DNA of 41,619 nucleotides from a bacterium (GTDB taxonomy: Bacteria > RBG-13-61-14 > DATKZS01). Of the stretch, positions 35,012 to 41,619 are shown one piece after another. Within the stretch, counting starts at the first letter, position 1. Every line of letters begins with the position of its first letter. The stretch is taken from contig JAWOBU010000104.1 in assembly GCA_046484135.1 (NCBI GenBank), positions 1-41,619 on the forward strand, read 5' to 3'. Position numbers and translations under genes: made by a program. Under the pieces are notes generated by a model. The model saw only the letters and a program-made list of their open reading frames with translations, was not told where the DNA came from and did no database searches.

Positions 35012-35779
35012 ATGTCACAGCAGCAAATGAAGCTGAGAAACCCCTGGCCCGAGTCCCTGGCCAGGAAAGAGACCCACTTCTGCCCCGGCTGCAATCACGG
35101 CATCATCCACCGCTTGGTGGCCGAGGCCATAGACCACTTTGACATCCGGGAGCAGTCGGTGGGAGCGGCCAGCGTGGGCTGCTCAGTGTTTCTCTACAGC
35201 TATCTGTTGACCGACGTGGTCGAGGCCCCCCACGGCCGGGCGCCCGCGGTGGCCACCGGGCTCAGGAGGGCGTTGCCCGACAAGTACGTGTACACCTACC
35301 AGGGGGACGGCGACCTCGCCGCCATCGGCACCGCGGAGATCATTCACGCGGCCAACCGCGGAGAAAAGATGACCGTGATCTTCGTGAACAACACCACCTA
35401 TGGCATGACCGGCGGGCAGATGGCTCCCACCACCCTCTTGGGACAGATGACCACCACCACTCCTTACGGCAGAGACTGGCACCAGGCCGGCTACCCCATG
35501 AAGATGGCAGAGGTGCTCTCCGCCATGGAAGGACCGACCTTTGTGGCCCGGGCCTCGGTTGATAAGCCGGCCAACCTGAAGCGGGCCAGGAAGCTCATTA
35601 GACAGGCTTTCGCAGCCCAGGTGGAAATGGACGGGTTCGGGTTCTGCGAGGTCCTCTCCGCCTGCCCCACCGACTGGGGGCTGTCTCCCAAGAAAGCCAT
35701 GGAGCGGGTGGCGGAGGAGATGATACCTTACTTCCCGTTGGGGGTGTTCAAGGAGAAGAAGGAGAGCGAGCACCTGTAA
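35012..35779 (+). CDS. 2-oxoacid:ferredoxin oxidoreductase beta (TPP-binding) subunit
   Basis: HFCPGCNHG, VGCS, HGRAPAVATG, YQGDGDLAAIG, NNTTYGMTGGQMAPTT, SACPTDWG. Confidence 0.94.
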   Translation: MSQQQMKLRNPWPESLARKETHFCPGCNHGIIHRLVAEAIDHFDIREQSVGAASVGCSVFLYSYLLTDVVEAPHGRAPAVATGLRRALPDKYVYTYQGDGDLAAIGTAEIIHAANRGEKMTVIFVNNTTYGMTGGQMAPTTLLGQMTTTTPYGRDWHQAGYPMKMAEVLSAMEGPTFVARASVDKPANLKRARKLIRQAFAAQVEMDGFGFCEVLSACPTDWGLSPKKAMERVAEEMIPYFPLGVFKEKKESEHL

Positions 35780-35810
35780 CAAGGTGTCGGGTAATTAGAC
35801 AAGCATGAAC

Positions 35811-35832
35811 GTGCGAGCGACTTTAGTCGCGA
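35811..35832 (+). repeat. REP family A copy
   Basis: GTGCGAGCGACTTTAGTCGCGA between the beta and gamma subunit genes. Confidence 0.85.
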
Positions 35833-35888
35833 CTGTAATCTTAAGCGCTGGAAACAGTGTTTGACCGCATATAGAAAGGAACGGCCGC

Positions 35889-36440
35889 ATGTACGAGGAC
35901 GTTATCATAGCCGGCACCGGCGGGCAGGGCATACTATTGTTCGGAAACATCATAGCGGAGGCCGCGCTTGCCGAGGGCCGGGAGGTTACATTCCTTCCCA
36001 GCTACGGGGTGGAGATGCGGGGCGGGAACGCCAACTGCACGGTGGTCATATCCGACCGCGAGATCGGCAGTCCTTCCGTCCGGTCCCCCCAGTCAGTGAT
36101 CGCCATGAGCGCCAAGGCCAGGATGATGAACGAGCCTCGGGTGCTTCCGCAGGGGCTTATGGTCTTGAACACGTCCCTGGCGCCGGAGTCCGAGGTCGAG
36201 CGGGACGACATCCGGGTGATCGCTCTTTCTTTTAACGAGATTGCCGCAAAGCTCGGCTCGGCCCGGCTGGCCAACATGGTGGCGCTGGGGGTGTACGTTG
36301 GCTCGACCGGGGTGGTAAAGCCGGACTCGCTCGAGGCGGGAATGGAGGCCGCGCTTTCCGAGCGCAACCGCAAGTTCATTCCGCAGAACATGGAAGCCAT
36401 CAAACACGGCGTGGAACTGTCCGGGAAATACGCCGGATAA
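35889..36440 (+). CDS. 2-oxoacid:acceptor oxidoreductase gamma subunit
   Basis: AGTGGQG, PSYGVEMRGG, NMVALG. Confidence 0.93.
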   Translation: MYEDVIIAGTGGQGILLFGNIIAEAALAEGREVTFLPSYGVEMRGGNANCTVVISDREIGSPSVRSPQSVIAMSAKARMMNEPRVLPQGLMVLNTSLAPESEVERDDIRVIALSFNEIAAKLGSARLANMVALGVYVGSTGVVKPDSLEAGMEAALSERNRKFIPQNMEAIKHGVELSGKYAG

Positions 36441-36476
36441 AAGACCGCAGTAGGCCGCGACAAGGGAGGTACCGTC

Positions 36477-37073
36477 ATGGAGGACAACTCCGGCGAAGTA
36501 AAGGTAGGACAGAAGGTAAAGGAGCTCCGGGAGGACAAGGCATTGAGCCTGGAAGATGTTGCCGGAAGAAGCAACATCTCGGCATCCATCCTCTCCCAGA
36601 TCGAGAACCATATGGTGTCGCCTCCGCTCGGGACCCTGATCCGGCTGGCCAAGGCCCTCGAGGTCCCGGTGGGACACTTCTTCGAGGAGGAGTGCGAAGA
36701 GCCCTTCTGCCTGATAAGATCGGGTGAGAGCAAGGTGGTCTCGAGGTTCGCGTCCACCGAGGGGCTTTCCTACGGCTACAGCTACGAGTCGCTCGGGTAC
36801 GGCAAGAAGGACAGGAAGATGGAGCCTTTTGTGGTGACCCTGACGCCGCCCGAGGTCCCGCACGTGGACCCGAACCAGCACGCGGGCGAGGAGTTCATCT
36901 ACGTGCTGGAGGGCGAGGTCGCGGTCAAGCTGGGCGAGCACGAGGACGTTCTCAAGCCCGGCGACTCCATCTATTACAACGCCAACATTCCCCACGTGGT
37001 CTCCTGCCACGGGAGTGACACAGCGAAAATCCTGGCCGTGATCTGGCCGGGAGAGGAGATGATGATCTTTTAG
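36477..37073 (+). CDS. XRE-family HTH / cupin transcriptional regulator
   Basis: VGQKVKELR..LSLEDVA..LSQIEN..PPLGTL; MEPF, HAGEEFIYVLEG, GDSIYYNANIPH. Confidence 0.93.
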   Translation: MEDNSGEVKVGQKVKELREDKALSLEDVAGRSNISASILSQIENHMVSPPLGTLIRLAKALEVPVGHFFEEECEEPFCLIRSGESKVVSRFASTEGLSYGYSYESLGYGKKDRKMEPFVVTLTPPEVPHVDPNQHAGEEFIYVLEGEVAVKLGEHEDVLKPGDSIYYNANIPHVVSCHGSDTAKILAVIWPGEEMMIF

Positions 37074-37115
37074 CGCTCCATCAAGCTTGGATCGCTCTTC
37101 ACGGCTTATGAGTAA

Positions 37116-37137
37116 GTGCGAGCGAATTTAGTCGCGA
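37116..37137 (+). repeat. REP family A copy
   Basis: GTGCGAGCGAATTTAGTCGCGA. Confidence 0.8.
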
Positions 37138-37198
37138 TTAGAACCGCTACTACGACGTATCTGGTTATTCTTTTTCCGCCTTCAAGGAGGAATTAAAA

Positions 37199-38545
37199 AT
37201 GACGATCAGCGAGAGCATTAACTGGGACGAGGTTTACGAGGAAGCGCTCTCTCATTTGAAGAGCCTTATCCGCATGAACACCGTAAACCCGCCCGGTAAT
37301 GAAAAGCCGGCCGCCGAGTACATTGCGGAAATCCTGCGCAAGGAAGGCATGGACCCGGAGCTGTTCGACAGCGCGGAGAACCGCTCCAACCTGGTCTGCC
37401 GCCTGCCGGGAAACGGAGAAAAAGAGCCCCTCCTTTTGAACGGACACCTGGACGTGGTGGGCGTGGAAGAGGACAAGTGGTCCGTGCCTCCATTCGAAGC
37501 GGTGGAAAAGGACGGGTTCCTCTACGGCCGCGGCGCGGTGGACATGAAAAACATGGTCGTCATGTGCATGATGTGCGCGGTCCTTTTAAAGCGCGCCGGC
37601 GCCGAGCTTAAGCGGGACGTGATCTTCTGCGCGGTCTCGGACGAGGAGGCGGGCGGCGAGTACGGCTCGCGCTTCATGGTGGAGAACCACGCCGACAAGG
37701 TCCGGGCGGAGTACTCGCTCTCCGAGATGGGCGGCTTTTCCATGGAGATGGACGGGGTCCGCTTTTACCTGGTGCAGGTGGCGGAAAAGGGAGTATGCTG
37801 GCTTAAAATCCGCACCAGCGGAGACCCGGGCCACGGCTCGATTCCCGACCCCGACAGCGCGCTTATAAAGGCGGCCCGACTGGCGGAGAAGCTCGGGCAG
37901 ACGCCCCTTCCGCAACACAACACCGCCGCGGTGTTGAACTTCGTGGACAAGCTGTCCGCCCATCTTAAATTTCCCAGGAACGCGGTGTTCAAGCGGCTTT
38001 TGAACCCGTCCTTCTCCAGGCTCATCCTGGAAAAGGTGTTCCCGGACAAAGGCCTGGCCCAGGCCTTCAAGGCCATGCTTCATAACACCACCAACCCCAC
38101 CGTGATCCGGGCGGGGGACAAAACCAACGTGATACCGTCGGTGGCCGAGCTCGAGCTCGACTGCCGCATCCTGCCGGGCTACACCAGCGACGACCTGGTG
38201 GCTGAGCTTCGAAAGGTCATCGGCGACGAGCCGGAGATAGAAGTCATGCGCGCGAGCTATCCTACCGAGGCCCCGCCGGACGACCCCATCATGGGCATCA
38301 TGGAAGGGTCCATTAAAAAGCTGGACCCGGAAGCGGTGGTGGTCCCCAACCTGGTCACCGGCTTTACCGACGCCACCCACTGGAAGAAACTGGGAACCAA
38401 GTGCTACGGGTTCTCGCCCTTGAAGCTGCCCGCGGACGTGAACTTCAAAAACCTTTTTCACGGCCATGACGAAAGGATCCCACTCGATGGATTCCGGTTC
38501 GGACTCGAAGCGCTGTTCGATACCGTCGAGAAGCTGGCGACCTGA
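37199..38545 (+). CDS. M20/M25/M40 family metallo-hydrolase (ArgE/DapE-like)
   Basis: GHLDVV, GRGAVDMK, DEEAGG, GHGS, NVIP, GFTDA, HGHDERI. Confidence 0.93.
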   Translation: MTISESINWDEVYEEALSHLKSLIRMNTVNPPGNEKPAAEYIAEILRKEGMDPELFDSAENRSNLVCRLPGNGEKEPLLLNGHLDVVGVEEDKWSVPPFEAVEKDGFLYGRGAVDMKNMVVMCMMCAVLLKRAGAELKRDVIFCAVSDEEAGGEYGSRFMVENHADKVRAEYSLSEMGGFSMEMDGVRFYLVQVAEKGVCWLKIRTSGDPGHGSIPDPDSALIKAARLAEKLGQTPLPQHNTAAVLNFVDKLSAHLKFPRNAVFKRLLNPSFSRLILEKVFPDKGLAQAFKAMLHNTTNPTVIRAGDKTNVIPSVAELELDCRILPGYTSDDLVAELRKVIGDEPEIEVMRASYPTEAPPDDPIMGIMEGSIKKLDPEAVVVPNLVTGFTDATHWKKLGTKCYGFSPLKLPADVNFKNLFHGHDERIPLDGFRFGLEALFDTVEKLAT

Positions 38546-38651
38546 TCATGAGGCATGCCGGCCGCTTTGTAAGCGGGATCGAGAACCGATATATTTCTGC
38601 AAGGATTACTTGACATAGCACAAGACCACGGCATAACAGGAGGGTGAAAAA

Positions 38652-39458
38652 ATGAAGATCGGCAAAGCCATCCGGATGGAAAGGATCATGGACAGGGAGA
38701 CGAACCGGACGGTTATCGTTCCCATGGACCACGGGGTTACGGTGGGCCCGATTCCCGGGCTTACCAACCTTCCCGAGACAGTGGACAAGGTCGCGGAAGG
38801 CGGGGCCAACGCAGTGGTCGAGCACGCCGGCATGGTGGGCCAGGGCCACCGCCAGTACGGCCGGGACATCGGGCTGATCGTACATCTTTCCGGCAGCACC
38901 TGCCTCTCTCCCGAGCCCAACCGCAAGGTCCTGGTCTGCTCCGTGGAAAGGGCAGTCCGAATGGGCGCGGACGCGGTCAGCATCCACGTGAACATCGGCG
39001 CGGAGAACGAAGGCGAGATGATGGAGGCCTTCGGCAGGACAGCGGAGACCGCGGGCAACTGGGGCATGCCGCTCCTGGCCATGGTGTACCCGCGCGGCCC
39101 GCTGGTCGAGGACGAGAAGGACGTGGAGAACGTGAAGATCGCCGCCCGGGTGGGAGCGGAGCTGGGCGCGGACGTGGTCAAGGTCCCTTATACCGGCTCG
39201 ATCGAGACCTTTAAGCAAGTGGTCGAAGGATGTCCCATCCCGGTGGTGATCGCGGGCGGATCCAAGCTCACGGACGAGGAGACCCTCCGCATGGTCGAGG
39301 GCGCCATCCAGGCAGGCGGAGGCGGTCTGTCCATGGGAAGGAACGCCTTCCAGCACGACTCCCCGGTCCGGCTGGTGGCCGCGGCCTGCGCCATTGTCCA
39401 CAAGAACAAGAGCTTTGAAGAGGCCATGAAGATACTCAAAGGGGAAGCAGATGCCTAA
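38652..39458 (+). CDS. aroA': 2-amino-3,7-dideoxy-D-threo-hept-6-ulosonate (ADH) synthase, class I aldolase
   Basis: [47 protein letters not shown]; overlaps DHQ synthase II. Confidence 0.88.
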   Translation: MKIGKAIRMERIMDRETNRTVIVPMDHGVTVGPIPGLTNLPETVDKVAEGGANAVVEHAGMVGQGHRQYGRDIGLIVHLSGSTCLSPEPNRKVLVCSVERAVRMGADAVSIHVNIGAENEGEMMEAFGRTAETAGNWGMPLLAMVYPRGPLVEDEKDVENVKIAARVGAELGADVVKVPYTGSIETFKQVVEGCPIPVVIAGGSKLTDEETLRMVEGAIQAGGGGLSMGRNAFQHDSPVRLVAAACAIVHKNKSFEEAMKILKGEADA

Positions 39459-40449
39459 GCTCTTCTGGGTAAACATAAGGCCCTTTAACAAGAACGCAGT
39501 AACCACGGCCCTCGAGAGCGGCGCGGACGCGGTGATAGTGCCGAAGGGCAAAACCGCCAAGGTCCGCGAGCTGGGACTTATCAAGACCGTGGCCCCCGAC
39601 GGAGACCTGAAGCTCGGGGAGGACGCGGTCGAGATTACGGTATCTTCACAAAAGGACGAGTCCAAGGCCCTCAAGGTCCCGGCCGACAAAAAGCTCATTT
39701 TAAAGACCGGCGACTGGAAGGTCATCCCGCTCGAGAACCTCATAGCCAAGCGAAAGAGCGGCCTGCTCGCCTGGGTTACCAGCGCCTCGGAAGCCAAGGT
39801 AGCCCTCGAAACCATGGAAAAGGGTGCGGACGGGGTCGTTCTTTCCAACACCGATCCCAACGAGATCAAGAAAACCGCGGCAGTGGTGCGCGAGCGGGAG
39901 GAGCGCCTCAAGCTGGTCCAGGCCACCGTGCGCGAGGTCAAATCCCTGGGCATGGGCGACCGGGTGTGCGTGGACACCATCACCAACATAAAGCCGGGAG
40001 CAGGCATGCTGGTGGGTAACTCGTCCTCCGGAATGTTCCTGGTCCATGCCGAGAACGTGGAAACACCCTACTGCGCCACCCGGCCCTTCCGGGTGAACGC
40101 GGGCGCCGTGCACGCCTACGCCCGGGTCCCGGACGGCAAGACTGCGTACCTTGCCGACGTGGGCATCGGCGACGCCGTGCTGATCGTTGACTATCGCGGC
40201 AACACCGAGGTCGGCTTTGTGGGCAGGTCCAAGGTGGAGAAACGCCCCATGATGCTGGTCGAAGCCACCTACAAGAACAAGCCCGTCTCCCTGGTCTTGC
40301 AGAACGCTGAGACCATCCGGCTGACCCGGCCCGGTGGAGAGCCGGTGTCCATTACCCGCCTCAAGCCGGGCGACCGCGTCCTGGCTTTCCAGGAAGAAGC
40401 CGGCCGCCACTTCGGAGTGAAAGTGCAAGAGACCATCCAGGAAAAATGA
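39451..40449 (+). CDS. aroB': 3-dehydroquinate synthase II
   Basis: [56 protein letters not shown]. Confidence 0.95.
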   Translation: MPKLFWVNIRPFNKNAVTTALESGADAVIVPKGKTAKVRELGLIKTVAPDGDLKLGEDAVEITVSSQKDESKALKVPADKKLILKTGDWKVIPLENLIAKRKSGLLAWVTSASEAKVALETMEKGADGVVLSNTDPNEIKKTAAVVREREERLKLVQATVREVKSLGMGDRVCVDTITNIKPGAGMLVGNSSSGMFLVHAENVETPYCATRPFRVNAGAVHAYARVPDGKTAYLADVGIGDAVLIVDYRGNTEVGFVGRSKVEKRPMMLVEATYKNKPVSLVLQNAETIRLTRPGGEPVSITRLKPGDRVLAFQEEAGRHFGVKVQETIQEK

Positions 40450-40847
40450 TCCGCGGTGTCCGGTCGGATAAACACCCCTGCCGCTCTCAGTGCGGGTTGC
40501 TTTCAGCCACGGTAAATCCCGGCTGCGTAAACTAAAAACCCTCTTCCCCCTTTCGCGTAGCGAAACAACAAAGTAGCGTTTAAAATCCCTCTTCGCGGGA
40601 AAACCCTCCAGAGCCTGGCGGTACAATTTCCAACCCCCATTGCCGCCCGCGAAAGAAAGAGAACCGCCTTTTACACCAATGTTCCATGTTTCCAATAAGT
40701 TAAGCATTACATCGCTTCCGGACCCTGTAAAATTTGGGGGTCAAAAACTGTATCACAGAGGGGCAATTTCGATCCCTGTTGGGGCGGATTTTGTCCCCCC
40801 TGACGGGCAATTTTTGACCGGGCTTTTACAAAAAGGAGAGGTCTTGT

Positions 40848-41238
40848 TCTCACGCCAAGACGCAAAGGCGCAAATATTTTTATATTTGTTGTTAGATACT
40901 TAGGCATTAAAAATCCTTTTCGGTAGCCCGGATAGCTCGACTATCCGGGTGCCACTGGCACAGGATGGCTTTAAACGCAACCCCGCCACGATGCAACGGT
41001 TCCTCTTGTTCAAGAATCCTCCTTCAAGCTCTCTTCCGACCAATAAAACTCTCCTCCTCTTCCCTTTGCGTCTCCGCGCCTCTGCGTGAAACCCTCTTTT
41101 CCCCCGTTGCGCCGTAGCGTCGTTGCGTTTCCTTCCCCCTCTCCTCCGTGCGAGCGACTTCAGTCGCGATATCTCTCTTTCCGTAAGCTCAAAATCTCTT
41201 CTTCTCTCCCCTTTGCGCCTCCGCGCCTTTGCGTGAAA
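40848..41238. repeat. Cluster of family B arms (40848-40874, 41064-41091, 41211-41238), a GTAG-REP (40923-40949) and REP A (41148-41169)
   Basis: TCTCACGCCAAGACGCAAAGGCGCAAA; GTAGCCCGGATAGCTCGACTATCCGGG; CTTTGCG(T/C)CTCCGCGCCT(C/T)TGCGTGAAA twice; GTGCGAGCGACTTCAGTCGCGA. Confidence 0.8.
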
Positions 41239-41529
41239 CCCTCTTTTCTCCGTCGCGCCGTTGCGTTCAATCCCCCTTTCCGCACACGCACCCTCCTATA
41301 TATTGGACTTCTGTTGCACCCCGTTAAAACCTCCCTTTACAAAACCGCCCTTCCTTTACCGCAACCACTTGATCTGAAACAATGGAAAGCTTTGGTCCGT
41401 AAAAGCTGATTGAACGCCCCCGCCCCCGCTCTAATACCTCGTTGACTTACTTTCCCGTTTATGGCAATATAGTTTACGCTATCTGTCGAACGTAAAGTAC
41501 AATTCCCGGGCCCGATATAGGGAGGTACA

Positions 41530-41619
41530 ATGGCCCCGCCCCAGAAAATCGTCGAGCTTATCGAAACCTTTGATTATAACTATGACGAATACACAGCCGC
41601 CTCCTACAACGAGGACTCG
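41530..41619 (+). CDS. Truncated N-terminus, probably a Type IIG / HsdR_N-like restriction-modification enzyme
   Basis: GGAGG SD, then MAPPQKIVELIETFDYNYDEYTAASYNEDS. This resembles from memory the 'I.ELVE.F..N...Y....YNE' N-terminus of fused R-M enzymes; only 30 codons are visible. Confidence 0.5.
   Translation, partial: MAPPQKIVELIETFDYNYDEYTAASYNEDS

Noticed and set aside
40590..40655. Branched hairpin TTCGCGGG...CCCGCGAA
   Set aside because: No match to a known RNA motif by eye and no second copy in the window.

Overview
GC-rich bacterial chromosomal window; the gene set (vor-type 2-oxoacid oxidoreductase operon, archaeal-type aroA'/aroB', apgM, XRE-cupin, CooT) suggests an anaerobic deltaproteobacterium-like host (inference). 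Most genes are housekeeping or metabolic: rsmE, GDPD, precorrin-2 dehydrogenase, fabH, purF, an ECF sigma/anti-sigma pair, an acyl-CoA synthetase, M23 and M20 peptidases. The most striking element is a ~2.2 kb AT-rich islet integrated at the 3' end of tRNA-His, bounded by a perfect 32-bp direct repeat (749-780 / 2944-2975). It has no integrase and carries a translationally coupled three-gene operon: SDH/ClpP-fold serine protease, an atypical antitoxin-like protein, and a MazF/PemK toxin. This is a candidate protease-triggered toxin-antitoxin defence system. Intergenic DNA holds several families of small palindromic repeats (REP/REPIN-like), a 164-bp MITE with TIRs and a 5-bp TSD, and an internally deleted RAYT transposase relic. 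The window ends in the probable start of a restriction-modification gene. All family assignments come from motif recognition by eye; no searches were run.
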